Positions 44,367 to 53,935 of a stretch of 59,546 nucleotides of DNA are shown piece after piece (positions within the stretch are counted from its first letter, which is position 1; the number at the start of each line of letters is the position of its first letter). The position numbers were made by a program, and so were the translations under genes. The DNA is taken from IMG/VR virus record IMGVR_UViG_3300042452_000420, positions 1 to 59,546 of that record, one strand, 5' to 3'. The notes under the pieces are model-generated. The model made no database searches and was not told the origin of the DNA. It was given only the letters and a program-made list of their open reading frames with translations. This DNA comes from a virus. Lineage: Duplodnaviria > Caudoviricetes.

Positions 44367-44974
44367 TGCCTAACCCAACCCGCTACGTCGCAGACTTCAC
44401 CGGCCAACTCCCATGGATCGCGGAGGACATCGCCAAGAACCTCCCCCGCGCAGACCCAGAGACTGCCATGGAAGCCATGATGATGGCCCGCAGGAACATC
44501 CCGGTGGACGACAGTCCCTTGGAGATGATCCGGCAGCAGATGCGCGGCGAAGAGAACTACGGCTACGACCAAGGCCGTGTATCTCTTCCACCCAACAAGA
44601 CGCGGTGGGATGCCATGCAGGAGACGATGTCAGAGTCTCCCGGCTGGGCCCGCAAAGTAGGTCATCGACTGCAATACCATGAGCCGCAAGAGTGGCCCGT
44701 GGATCCTGAAGCACTCCGCGCAATGCGCCGTCAGGCCATGGCCGAAGCCTACCTGGATCAGGCAAGAACAAATCCAGAGATCGCCTCCATGCTCCCCATG
44801 GGTCTGCGACCTGGAATCCTCCCCGACAAACTCTTGGCAAGGCTCGCCGCAGAATCCCCGCAAGTCGTTCTCCGAAAGGCACTCCAAGAGAACCCAGAGA
44901 TCGTCGGAGGACTGATGGGCGCAGGGGGAGTCATGGGTGGCGGCATAGCCTATGGGCTATTGAGTGACGAATAG
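44366..44974 (+). CDS. Hypothetical (putative virion) protein
   Basis: TAATG coupling; Gly-rich hydrophobic C-terminus. Confidence 0.7.
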   Translation: MPNPTRYVADFTGQLPWIAEDIAKNLPRADPETAMEAMMMARRNIPVDDSPLEMIRQQMRGEENYGYDQGRVSLPPNKTRWDAMQETMSESPGWARKVGHRLQYHEPQEWPVDPEALRAMRRQAMAEAYLDQARTNPEIASMLPMGLRPGILPDKLLARLAAESPQVVLRKALQENPEIVGGLMGAGGVMGGGIAYGLLSDE

Positions 44975-44989
44975 TGTACACTGGTACAC
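44974..44989. promoter_or_regulatory. Palindromic operator candidate GTGTAC-N4-GTACAC
   Basis: Perfect 6-bp inverted repeat filling the gap up to ATG 44990. Confidence 0.5.
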
Positions 44990-45208
44990 ATGAAGCACAT
45001 CATCCACGTTAACCAGCACGTAATCAAAAAGAACAACAAGACCGGGGAGCGCGACCCCGTCCTCACGGTAAAGACGTACAAGTCCAACCAATACGCCCAC
45101 TCCGTGAAGATCAACGGTCCCTGCGTGGTGCGATACGAACCGGACAGCCCGCTCTCATGTGGCGCCCGGGTGTGGATTGAGACGGAGGCGGAGGTCGAAG
45201 CCCAATAA
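44990..45208 (+). CDS. Conserved small phage protein
   Basis: IHVNQH.I..N.K.G...P..TVK...PLSCGARVWIET. Confidence 0.8.
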   Translation: MKHIIHVNQHVIKKNNKTGERDPVLTVKTYKSNQYAHSVKINGPCVVRYEPDSPLSCGARVWIETEAEVEAQ

Positions 45209-45279
45209 ATCGGTTCGCGTTCCGGCTGAACTGGACACTTATTCACCAGAGGAACCTCCTCCCCCCGAAGGTGAAATAA

Positions 45280-46320
45280 ATGTCCGACGAAGTAATCCAG
45301 AACGAATCCGTTGCCGAAGACACCGTTTCGGCTCCCGTTGATTCCGCCCCGCAGTCTGCGCCGACTCCGCAGAGCGAGAGCTTTGCGTCCCCCTACGAAG
45401 CCTTCCGCCATCTCCCGGAGTTCCAGGGCCAGGACGATCTCGCCATCGCCCAGAACCTGTACCGGGCGTTCAATGGTTACGGCGAAACACAGCGCCAGCT
45501 TCAGCAGTACCAGTCGCTGATTCCGCACACCACGGAATACGTGGCCAACCGCGAGAAGTACCAGCAGTGGCTCGCCGCCCAGCAGGAGGCCAGCAAGCCC
45601 AAGCCGGCAGAGCAGCCGAAGTGGTGGAACCCGCCCTCGGTCGAAGACACCTACAAGAACTACATCATCCGCGACCCCCAGACGGGCAAAGAGGTCATCG
45701 ACCCCAACGCCCCGTTTGAGGCCCAGCAGGCTCTCCGGAAGTACCAGGACTACACCGCGCAGTTCGCGCGGAAGCTGGTCACCGATCCGGAGTCCACGCT
45801 GAAGCCGTTCGTTGAACAGGTCGCGATGCAGAAGGCCCAGGAACTGGTCCAGCAGCACCTCGGCCAGTATCAGGCCCAGAATTTCGTAACCGACCTGGAG
45901 CGGCAGAACGCCGACTGGCTGTATGACCAGAACGGCCAAGTCTCCCGCGAAGGTCAGGCGATCCAGGCGTACATCCAGCAGGCTTCTCAAATCGGCATAG
46001 CCGACCCCAAGGCCCGCTGGCAGTACGCCACTGGAATGCTGCAGCGCGACCTTCTGAATCTGCGCTACCAGCAGATGCAGTCGCAGTTCGCCGCTCCGCC
46101 GCAGGCCGCGTATCCGCAGCCCATGGACTACGCGCCGCAGCCTGAGTACGCACCGCAGCCGGTCGATCCGGTTGCCCAACAGAACATGCAGTTCCTGCGC
46201 GAGCGTGCCACCCGCACGCCCAACAGGTCTGCAGGCACTACAGAGCCTCGGGCACCGCGCCAGAGGATGAGCTTTGAAGATCGGCTGAAAGGCCAACTCG
46301 TTACTGATGGAGTGATCTAA
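45280..46320 (+). CDS. Capsid scaffolding protein
   Basis: Acidic N-terminus, Q-rich helices, directly before capsid (TAATG). Confidence 0.7.
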   Translation: MSDEVIQNESVAEDTVSAPVDSAPQSAPTPQSESFASPYEAFRHLPEFQGQDDLAIAQNLYRAFNGYGETQRQLQQYQSLIPHTTEYVANREKYQQWLAAQQEASKPKPAEQPKWWNPPSVEDTYKNYIIRDPQTGKEVIDPNAPFEAQQALRKYQDYTAQFARKLVTDPESTLKPFVEQVAMQKAQELVQQHLGQYQAQNFVTDLERQNADWLYDQNGQVSREGQAIQAYIQQASQIGIADPKARWQYATGMLQRDLLNLRYQQMQSQFAAPPQAAYPQPMDYAPQPEYAPQPVDPVAQQNMQFLRERATRTPNRSAGTTEPRAPRQRMSFEDRLKGQLVTDGVI

Positions 46321-47432
46321 TGGCATCGTCGTCAACTGATTGGGCAAGGTCTATTGCCACAACCATCCAGACGTTCCTGCGGGAAGAGGAAATCGCTTCC
46401 CTCCGCAAGTACAAAGTCTTCGCGGCTTTGGAAGGTTCTGGCAACATCCGCACCAACATGAGCGGCCGGGGATTTCAGTGGGAAATCCAATACCGCAACC
46501 ATACGCCAACCGGCAACAACGGTGAGACTCCTCGCTCGTTCGCTCGCCAGAACCTCTGGAAGAACGCAGAGCTGGAATTTCGTGGCGCGCAAGCGACCGA
46601 CGCGATCTACAAGAAAGAGATGCTGGAAAATCGCAGCGCTCAGGCTCTTGTGAACGTCGCCGGCCGCATGGCTTCGCGGCTCATCACCAGCATGGAGCAG
46701 TACCTTGCCAAGGAGTGGGCGGTCGATGGAACGGCCAACGGGAACGAGCTGCGGTTCCATGGCATTGAGTCGTTCATGGGCAACAACGGCACGCTCAACG
46801 TGTCCACGGGTGCCCAGCGTACGGCCAACGCTGCCGATCCGTTCGGCTCTCCGTCCGACACCTATGCCGGTCTTTCGACCGCGTTGGGTGCGTACGGCGG
46901 CTCGCAGAAGACGGGCGTGTGGCCCAACGGCGAAGCCGATCCAGAGTTCGATTTCTATTCGCCGGTCATCACCAACGTGACCAGCACCTACTTCGGCGGT
47001 TCGACTTGGGCAGCCAACTGCACCAAGGCGCTTCGCGAGGCGCTTCATCAGACGCGCCGCAATGATACGAAGCAGGATCAGATCGATATGTGCCTCCTGA
47101 ACCGCAGGTGGTACATCGACTTCCTGAATACGCTGGACGCCAAGGAGCGTGTCATCGTCGGCCGGACGGACGGTCTGCGGAGCTACGGCTTCACGGATGT
47201 GTTCGACTTCGACGGCGTTGAGGTTTCGTCGGAAAATTCTGTTCCCGCCGACACGGGCTACGGCCTCGCCATCGGGAACATGGAACTCCTTTGCATGACC
47301 GATCAGTTGATGGTCAGCGAGGGTCCGTTCTACGACGAACTCACGCAACAGTATCGCTACGTTGTGTCAACGCTCGGCAACCTTAAGTTTAAGACGCCGC
47401 GCAACTTCTTCAAACTTGCCGCCCTTGCCTAA
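46320..47432 (+). CDS. Major capsid protein
   Basis: 370 aa after scaffold; FHGIESF, YGF...FDGVEV; strong codon bias. Confidence 0.8.
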   Translation: MASSSTDWARSIATTIQTFLREEEIASLRKYKVFAALEGSGNIRTNMSGRGFQWEIQYRNHTPTGNNGETPRSFARQNLWKNAELEFRGAQATDAIYKKEMLENRSAQALVNVAGRMASRLITSMEQYLAKEWAVDGTANGNELRFHGIESFMGNNGTLNVSTGAQRTANAADPFGSPSDTYAGLSTALGAYGGSQKTGVWPNGEADPEFDFYSPVITNVTSTYFGGSTWAANCTKALREALHQTRRNDTKQDQIDMCLLNRRWYIDFLNTLDAKERVIVGRTDGLRSYGFTDVFDFDGVEVSSENSVPADTGYGLAIGNMELLCMTDQLMVSEGPFYDELTQQYRYVVSTLGNLKFKTPRNFFKLAALA

Positions 47433-47450
47433 AGAAAGAGGTGATCTGAA

Positions 47451-48005
47451 ATGAGTCTGTTTGACGATCCGCCGTTCGCACTCGGTCAGACCCTCGGGGT
47501 CACGCTGGCCACAGAGGGCGGCAATTGGGTTGGGGCCGTGAAGACGTTCCCTGACGTTAATCCTGTTACGGGCGTAGTCCGCAGCAACCGGGTGAAGACC
47601 TGTATCGCTGTCCGCAACACCAGCGGCGTGATTCTGCTTCCCAAGCGGGTGGTGATGTTTAAGGCGGGTTCGTTCACGGAAGTGGACGGCTACGACAACG
47701 ACACCACCAAGCTCCCGGCCGGCGTTGTGGATGAGTTCATCCCGACGAGCGGTGTGGCTAACAACGATGTGTTCTGGTTGACTGTCGAAGGTCCGACCGA
47801 AGTGAAACTGGGCCCGGCCCAGGAAGCTGCGGTGGACACGGCGCTGGTGGCCCTCACGGCCGCAGCCAGCACGCACTCCACCACGGCTGGGCAGGCCCAG
47901 ACGGCGGCGGTGACGTTCTTGCAGCACCACTACATCGGGCGGGCCGTCTCCGCTGGAACGACGGGTCAGAACGTGTTGGCTATTGTCAAACTCGCCAGGA
48001 GCTAA
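47451..48005 (+). CDS. Capsid decoration/cement protein
   Basis: After MCP; AGVVDE...VFWLTVEGP; GAGGT SD. Confidence 0.6.
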   Translation: MSLFDDPPFALGQTLGVTLATEGGNWVGAVKTFPDVNPVTGVVRSNRVKTCIAVRNTSGVILLPKRVVMFKAGSFTEVDGYDNDTTKLPAGVVDEFIPTSGVANNDVFWLTVEGPTEVKLGPAQEAAVDTALVALTAAASTHSTTAGQAQTAAVTFLQHHYIGRAVSAGTTGQNVLAIVKLARS

Positions 48006-48007
48006 CC

Positions 48008-48268
48008 ATGACGCTTCGCAATACGCTGATCGTCGGCCTCGCGAGCGACCAGTTCGGGAACCAGTTGGCCAATTCGCTCCAGCACCTGACGGGCGCCACA
48101 AACGCCCTGACGGTCGGTGCGACCAACATCACCGTTGGCGCGTCCACTAGCAGCCTTGGTTTTTACGGCGCTGCCGTGACCGCCAAGCCGACTGGCGTGA
48201 CGCTCAACAACGTGACTGCCCTCGCGACTGCTCTTGCTAACCTTGGCCTGATCGCCACCACTTCGTAA
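48008..48268 (+). CDS. Small virion protein
   Basis: LGFYGA..TAKP...TALANLGLI. Confidence 0.65.
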   Translation: MTLRNTLIVGLASDQFGNQLANSLQHLTGATNALTVGATNITVGASTSSLGFYGAAVTAKPTGVTLNNVTALATALANLGLIATTS

Positions 48269-48295
48269 CGCATGCCCCTTCACGGGGTTCGGGGG

Positions 48296-48335
48296 AGGCG
48301 GCCGGCCGGGCAACTGGCTGGCCGCCTTTTCTCTT
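48296..48335 (+). terminator. Intrinsic terminator after capsid genes
   Basis: 14-bp stem, GCAA loop, T-rich tail. Confidence 0.8.
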
Positions 48336-48521
48336 ATGGATGAACAACTTCTGCTCGCGCTCATGGGCGAACAACCAGCAATCCAAAACCTGGACTTCCT
48401 CCGGCAGTTGATTGCCGAGACGCGGGGCCAGGGCAACTACGCCGACATGGAGAAACTCCGCATGCTCCAGGGCACGGGCATGGGGACTGACGGACTTTCG
48501 ACGCAACGGGGCGACGAGTAA
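48336..48521 (+). CDS. Small hypothetical protein
   Basis: TAATG-coupled to the next gene. Confidence 0.55.
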   Translation: MDEQLLLALMGEQPAIQNLDFLRQLIAETRGQGNYADMEKLRMLQGTGMGTDGLSTQRGDE

Positions 48522-49642
48522 TGCAGCTTCCTCAGTGGAGTGACGCCCAGGCCGCCCAGCAATACGTGGACGGCTTCCAGCAGGAAGAGCCGCAGTTCCA
48601 GCGTCAGGTCTTCCAGCCCCAGCAGCAACGTCCAAGCAGTTGGACGCAGCGGACTGGCGAGCCGATTGAGATGCGGTATTACCAGCCGACTCCTGTCCAG
48701 CAGCAGCAGCAGGCCCCCGCCCCTGCCCCACCGCCTCCGCTCCCGCAGGGCGCGCCATTCAACCGTCCGCAGACCGCAGCGCCGCAGCAATCGCAACAGT
48801 CCTCCCAATGGCCTGGGTACGGACCAGCGTCGTTCCCGCCAATCCCCGGCGCGCTGGACATGAACGTGTATCACTCGCCGTTTTCGGACATGAAGCCCGG
48901 CGTCTATACGCCAACTGGCCAGTATTTCGGCGGGGATCTGGTGACGGGATTGCGGCAGGCGCAACTCCAGCGGGACGCGATGGTTCAGCAGATGAACCAA
49001 GCCACGCTGCCATACCAGATGGCGAACATCTTTGGCCAGGATCTCGGCGCGCCGCAATTCGATTTCCAGGCCATGCTGGGCCGTGCCAACGACGCCATTC
49101 AAAGCGGGTTCTACAACCCATTCACCCGCTACTTCGATGAGACGAGCGACCCCCTGACGCAGATCGGCCAGCAGGCCCCGCCATCGCTGTACGACCCGTA
49201 CCAAGAATGGCTGGCTACGCTCCCCGGCTACCAGCCGCGTGACAGGTGGATGGCCGGACAAGGCAATCCACAGGCACCCGCGCGACCGCCGCAGCCTCCT
49301 GTACCTTCACCCCCGCCGCAGCCTCTAGACGCCAGTGGCCGCCCGCGCAACCAGATGATGTTCTACAACGCAGAGGGCAGGCCCTTTGCGGGGACGATGT
49401 CGTTTGCCCCCGGCACGTCGCAGGAATACCAAGACCAAGCCATGGCGCAATGGGCGAACAGTGAGGGCTACTTTCGCCCCGACCCTCTCTCGCAAATCGG
49501 CCAGCAGGCCCCGCCAAGCAGATACGACCCCACGGCGATCTCGCCCGTGAGCCGCTGGCGCGCCGGCATGGGGCCCGGCTCACCCGGATTCCAAGAAACT
49601 GACTGGATGCGCAACATGGCTGCGCAAGGCTACGTGTTCTAG
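48521..49642 (+). CDS. P/Q-rich protein with internal repeat
   Basis: DPLxQIGQQAPPSxYDP occurs twice. Confidence 0.7.
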   Translation: MQLPQWSDAQAAQQYVDGFQQEEPQFQRQVFQPQQQRPSSWTQRTGEPIEMRYYQPTPVQQQQQAPAPAPPPPLPQGAPFNRPQTAAPQQSQQSSQWPGYGPASFPPIPGALDMNVYHSPFSDMKPGVYTPTGQYFGGDLVTGLRQAQLQRDAMVQQMNQATLPYQMANIFGQDLGAPQFDFQAMLGRANDAIQSGFYNPFTRYFDETSDPLTQIGQQAPPSLYDPYQEWLATLPGYQPRDRWMAGQGNPQAPARPPQPPVPSPPPQPLDASGRPRNQMMFYNAEGRPFAGTMSFAPGTSQEYQDQAMAQWANSEGYFRPDPLSQIGQQAPPSRYDPTAISPVSRWRAGMGPGSPGFQETDWMRNMAAQGYVF

Positions 49643-49716
49643 GGACACTAATTAGATAGACACCCCAGACAACAGTTGACGGCTGTACACTAGAGATCGC
49701 ACAGGAGACACAACGC

Positions 49717-50346
49717 ATGCGGATTTACACGCCGACAGGTTACGCCACGCCCGAAGAGGCGATGCGCGCCGTCTACGACAGCGAGCTTGCTGCCGGATAC
49801 AATGCGTGGAAGCAAGGAAAAGCCGGCAGCTACTGGGCGCATAGCCAGTTCAACGGAACTGGGACGCGCACAGCCGACATCCAAAACGCGATGCTGAACC
49901 ACTATAACACAACCATAGCTCCGCAGTACGACGAGTTCAGCTACGACGCAGACTTGCAGGGGACTGGGGGGTACGTTGGAAAGCGACTGCCGCCCGGGCA
50001 ACGTCGCGCCCCTCCCCCTCCGCCGACATATAGCCGACCCGGCGGCCTTGCCGGCATGGTGCCGTTTACTGGCCCGCGAGGGGAGTTCATGTGGAGGCCG
50101 CCGGGAAAGATTCCGGGGGAAACCGGCTTCGGCACGGTGAGGCCGCCCAAGTGGAGGCCATCCCCTCCGGATCGGCCTCCCAGTGGCTCGCCAATTGGCC
50201 CCAACGGCCCGCGGCCGCAGTCGTACCCTGCCGGCACTCCAGGCATGGGGACTGCGCCGCCCGTGGGGCCAAGAGGCGGCTTCGGCGGCGTCCGTCCTTC
50301 GTCCGCGTCGATTGGCAGGACCGGCCGTGCGTACCCGCGTTATTAG
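49717..50346 (+). CDS. Protein with P/G/R-rich C-terminus
   Basis: AGGAG SD; flanked by 15-bp direct repeats. Confidence 0.6.
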   Translation: MRIYTPTGYATPEEAMRAVYDSELAAGYNAWKQGKAGSYWAHSQFNGTGTRTADIQNAMLNHYNTTIAPQYDEFSYDADLQGTGGYVGKRLPPGQRRAPPPPPTYSRPGGLAGMVPFTGPRGEFMWRPPGKIPGETGFGTVRPPKWRPSPPDRPPSGSPIGPNGPRPQSYPAGTPGMGTAPPVGPRGGFGGVRPSSASIGRTGRAYPRY

Positions 50347-50375
50347 TTGACGGCTGTACGCAAGTTCAGTATACT
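50347..50375 (+). promoter_or_regulatory. Sigma70 promoter with palindrome in the spacer
   Basis: TTGACG-17-TATACT; CTGTAC-N4-GTTCAG at 50354-69. Confidence 0.75.
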
Positions 50376-50398
50376 ATCACCCTCCCCCGAGGTGACAC

Positions 50399-51259
50399 AT
50401 GCAACAGCGCAAGCTGAACGTCGGTCTGGTTACGTTTTCGTACGGCGGCAACGGCGGAATCTCCTCTGAAGTCCCGGACATCCGCGAGTGGATGGTTCCG
50501 CTTGTAGCAGAAGCGTCCCGCGATCCACGGATTGAAAACATCCGCATCTGGAATCTCGCGGATACGCCGATCACCATGACCCGCAACCGGGCCGTCCTCC
50601 AGGCCAGAGAGTTTGGGCTGGATGTCCTGGTGATGATCGATTCCGACATGAAGCCCGACCTGGAGGGTTCCAAGAAGTTTTTCCCCTCGTCGTTCGACTT
50701 CTTGTACGACCACTACGACAAGGGCCCGGTGGTCATCGGCGCGCCGTATTGCGGGCCGCCGCCGATGGAGTGTGTGTACGTGTTTGAGTGGCGCGACATG
50801 CAGACCGGCCACCCGAACCCGGACTTCCAACTGAAGATGTACGAACGCACCCAGGCCGTGAAGATGGCCGGCATCCAGCCATGCGCTGCCTTGCCGACTG
50901 GCCTGATCATGTACGACATGCGGGCCTTTGAGGTCACGGAGCCGAAGACGGAAGAAGACAAGCCGTGGTTCTATTACGAATTCCCCAACAAGTATCAGGC
51001 GGAGAAGGCATCGACCGAAGATGTCACTATGACCCGCGACTTGTCGCTCGCCGGCACGGAAAAGCTGGGGTACAACCCAGTGTTCTGCAATTGGGACGCC
51101 TGGGCTGGGCATTGGAAGCCGAAGTGTGTCGGCAAGCCGCAGTTCATCGAAGCCAAGCACATCTCCAAGAAGTTGAAGGACTGCTGGGAAGCGAACTACG
51201 ACCACACGGTGTCGCTCGTTGACCTGAAGCCAAAGTTCACCGTCCGTGGCGGAAGCTAA
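50399..51259 (+). CDS. GT-A fold glycosyltransferase
   Basis: TRNRAV..A...DVLVMIDSD (DxD), PTGLIMYD, PWF, STEDV. Confidence 0.8.
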   Translation: MQQRKLNVGLVTFSYGGNGGISSEVPDIREWMVPLVAEASRDPRIENIRIWNLADTPITMTRNRAVLQAREFGLDVLVMIDSDMKPDLEGSKKFFPSSFDFLYDHYDKGPVVIGAPYCGPPPMECVYVFEWRDMQTGHPNPDFQLKMYERTQAVKMAGIQPCAALPTGLIMYDMRAFEVTEPKTEEDKPWFYYEFPNKYQAEKASTEDVTMTRDLSLAGTEKLGYNPVFCNWDAWAGHWKPKCVGKPQFIEAKHISKKLKDCWEANYDHTVSLVDLKPKFTVRGGS

Positions 51260-51929
51260 GTCTTGCACGCACTGCGGGAAGTCCTACCCGCTCACCAAGC
51301 AGTACTGGCACGTTAGTAAGGGAGAGTTTCATTCGCGGTGCAGGAAGTGCCGCAACAAAAAGCAGAAGGACGGCCGCGTCATCCGCTCGCAGAAGAAGTT
51401 GGCGGAGATCGAACGCGGGGCAGTAGACACGTTCATCGCCGTGTCGCGGGTTGGCGGGACGAACATCCCCCACTCAGCGGAACTGCTGGAAGTGGCGATG
51501 AAATACTTCGGCGGTGTCGAAGGCTTCATCACCGCGTTTATGAAGCAGTACTACGACGCCCCGGCCGGGGGTGCGTTCCGAACCAAGCAACTGGACTCCA
51601 TCCTCAAACTCATCACCGCCAACACCGCCATGGGCGGAGCCAAGAAGCCGCTGGAGTTGATGACTGAAGAAGAGCTGGAAGCGCAGTACCGGCGGGACGT
51701 TCTCGCCGCCGCCATGAGTATCAAAGTCAACGGACAGCCCGCAAGGCTGGAAGATCATGCAAACGTGCGAGATATGCCGGTGGTGGACAACCTACAAGCC
51801 GGAGGCGTTGGTGGGGGAATGCCGGAGATTCCCGCCGCAGTCGCGGAACGGCAAGTGGGAGAATCCGCTGACGGACAAAAGTCACTGGTGCGCGGAGTGG
51901 CATCACCTAACGATGTGCCAGCGCAATGA
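51246..51929 (+). CDS. Probable terminase small subunit with N-terminal Zn ribbon
   Basis: Directly upstream of TerL (ATGA overlap); CTHC/CRKC; MTEEEL tail. Confidence 0.55.
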   Translation: MAEAKSCTHCGKSYPLTKQYWHVSKGEFHSRCRKCRNKKQKDGRVIRSQKKLAEIERGAVDTFIAVSRVGGTNIPHSAELLEVAMKYFGGVEGFITAFMKQYYDAPAGGAFRTKQLDSILKLITANTAMGGAKKPLELMTEEELEAQYRRDVLAAAMSIKVNGQPARLEDHANVRDMPVVDNLQAGGVGGGMPEIPAAVAERQVGESADGQKSLVRGVASPNDVPAQ

Positions 51930-53599
51930 AAAAGCATCCCAAGCTCAGCGCCCCGATTCCACAGCCTGACGCGCCCGTAGTCACGCAACACCAGATCCAG
52001 CAGATGCGGGAGGTGCAGGCCGAACTGGCCTCCCGCCGGCTGGAGGCCCTCCGCCTGTACAGACCCATGCCCCACCAAGAAGAGTTCCACAAGTCGATGG
52101 TCAGTGAACGGATCGTCTTGGGTGGTAACCGTGGCGGCAAGTCATTGGCTGTGGCGGTGGAGGCGGCCCGCGCAGCGACCGGCCAAGACCCCTACGGCAA
52201 GTATCCGCTGGAAGGCGGGAACATTGCGATAGTCGGCCGGAACTGGCCCCACATCGGTCTTGTGATCTACCCGATCCTCTTTAAGGCCGGCGCGTTCCGG
52301 ATCATCAAAGACGAGGAGACAGGCGAGTGGAGGAGCATCAGGCAGGGCGATGACAAGTCGAAGTCCAAGCCTGCGCCGCCCCTCATCCCGCCCAGGCTCA
52401 TCAAAGACATGTCTTGGGTGCTGAAGAACGCCGGCTATTTAAACAAAGTGGAGCTGACGAACGGCTGGACGATCTGGTGCTTCTCGTCAGAGGGAGAGCC
52501 CCCGCAAGGCTATCAGGCCGATCTTATTTGGCTGGACGAAGACTTAAACAACGAGCGGTGGGTGGGCGAATGTCAGGCTCGCCTCGCGGATCGCAAAGGC
52601 CGATTTGTGTGGGCGGCCATGCCACATTCGCGGAATGATGCACTTCTGGGATTGTGCGAACGTGCCGACAAGGAGATTGAAACAAACAACCCCAAGCCCC
52701 TCATCCAAAAGTTCACGTTCCGGTTCCTGGACAACCAGTTCATTGATGACGAAGAGAAACGGAAGAACATCGAACGCTGGTCTGCCTTGGGGCAAGAGGA
52801 ATTGAAGATGCGTGCGGAGGGTGAGTTCACCACCGAATCCACGCTCATGTACCCGACGTTCAATCCCGCAGTTCACATCCTGCGCCGGGAGGAATTGCCG
52901 GACGGTCAGGTGCCTGCAGACTGGACCCGCTACGCCGCGATTGACCCCGGCCACGTAGTCATGGCGACACTGTTCGCAGCAGTTCCGCCGGACGAACGGT
53001 TTATTCTCATCTACGACGAACTGTATCTCCGGCAGTGCAACGCCATGATTTGGGGCGAGCGGTTCTACGGGAAGGTACAGGAGCAATCGATCTACGCCGC
53101 GATCATGGACATGCACGGCGGCACGCTCCGCGATCTCGGATCGGGACGATTGCCCCATGAGCTGTATTCGGAGGAACTGAAGAAGCGTGGCTACAGGTTC
53201 TCCATCGGCGGCAGCAGCTTCATCCCAGGGTCCGACGACATCCCCGCCAGAACGGCATTGGTACGCCAGATGCTGCATGTGCGGGGCGACGGGACAACTA
53301 AGCTGAAGATTTTGGACGGAGCCTGCCCCAACCTCCTCAGAGAAATAAAACGCTACCGCAAGAAAACCACCACCGTAAACGGACAGGTCTACGTGACCGA
53401 CGAACCGCAGACGCGGGGTGAGGTCCATGCCGTGCAGACGTTGGAATACCTTGCGGCCCATGAGCCCCGATACCACAAACCACCTCGCCGCCCTGGCCCG
53501 GAGCCATGGTGGGTGAAGTACTTGGCAGAGCGTGAAAAGCGCCTGCGCAAAGACGATGACGGAGTTACCTACCTTGCCCCCAAAGGAGCATTACGATGA
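51926..53599 (+). CDS. terL: Terminase large subunit
   Basis: PHQEEFH, GGNRGGKS (Walker A), IWLDE (Walker B), AIDPG nuclease, YDELY, CPNL.REI..Y. Confidence 0.92.
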   Translation: MKKHPKLSAPIPQPDAPVVTQHQIQQMREVQAELASRRLEALRLYRPMPHQEEFHKSMVSERIVLGGNRGGKSLAVAVEAARAATGQDPYGKYPLEGGNIAIVGRNWPHIGLVIYPILFKAGAFRIIKDEETGEWRSIRQGDDKSKSKPAPPLIPPRLIKDMSWVLKNAGYLNKVELTNGWTIWCFSSEGEPPQGYQADLIWLDEDLNNERWVGECQARLADRKGRFVWAAMPHSRNDALLGLCERADKEIETNNPKPLIQKFTFRFLDNQFIDDEEKRKNIERWSALGQEELKMRAEGEFTTESTLMYPTFNPAVHILRREELPDGQVPADWTRYAAIDPGHVVMATLFAAVPPDERFILIYDELYLRQCNAMIWGERFYGKVQEQSIYAAIMDMHGGTLRDLGSGRLPHELYSEELKKRGYRFSIGGSSFIPGSDDIPARTALVRQMLHVRGDGTTKLKILDGACPNLLREIKRYRKKTTTVNGQVYVTDEPQTRGEVHAVQTLEYLAAHEPRYHKPPRRPGPEPWWVKYLAEREKRLRKDDDGVTYLAPKGALR

Positions 53600-53913
53600 G
53601 CGCTTTCCAGATGCCGACCGCCGAACTGGGCGACAAAGTCTTCTACTACCGCCATGAGGGCGCCCCGCCGTCACTGGCCCTCGTCACCGAAATCTCCAGC
53701 CGCACCCTGACGCTGTGGGTCATTACCCCCAGCTACGGCGGCGTGGAGCGGTTTTCGGTCCACCATGTAGACGATCCCGGTGTCAACGAGTTCCCTGCCT
53801 GGAAGGAGTACGGCTTCTGGGCACCCCGGCCCAGCAAGCTGATCGCCCTCCAGGAGAAGTTGGCCCTGGCGGAGAAGCGCCTGGAAGCCCTGGAGGCCAA
53901 GAAGGCCAAGTAG
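53596..53913 (+). CDS. Hypothetical protein
   Basis: AAGGAG SD; ATGA overlap; C-terminal coiled coil. Confidence 0.7.
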   Translation: MSAFQMPTAELGDKVFYYRHEGAPPSLALVTEISSRTLTLWVITPSYGGVERFSVHHVDDPGVNEFPAWKEYGFWAPRPSKLIALQEKLALAEKRLEALEAKKAK

Positions 53914-53935
53914 GGCATTTACCTAAGAGGACTTC

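Noticed and set aside
44950-46347. Long antisense ORFs (e.g. 44950-46347, 46332-47348, 54833-56092, 4806-5831)
   Set aside because: Shadow frames of GC-rich, codon-biased + strand genes; no motifs or SD
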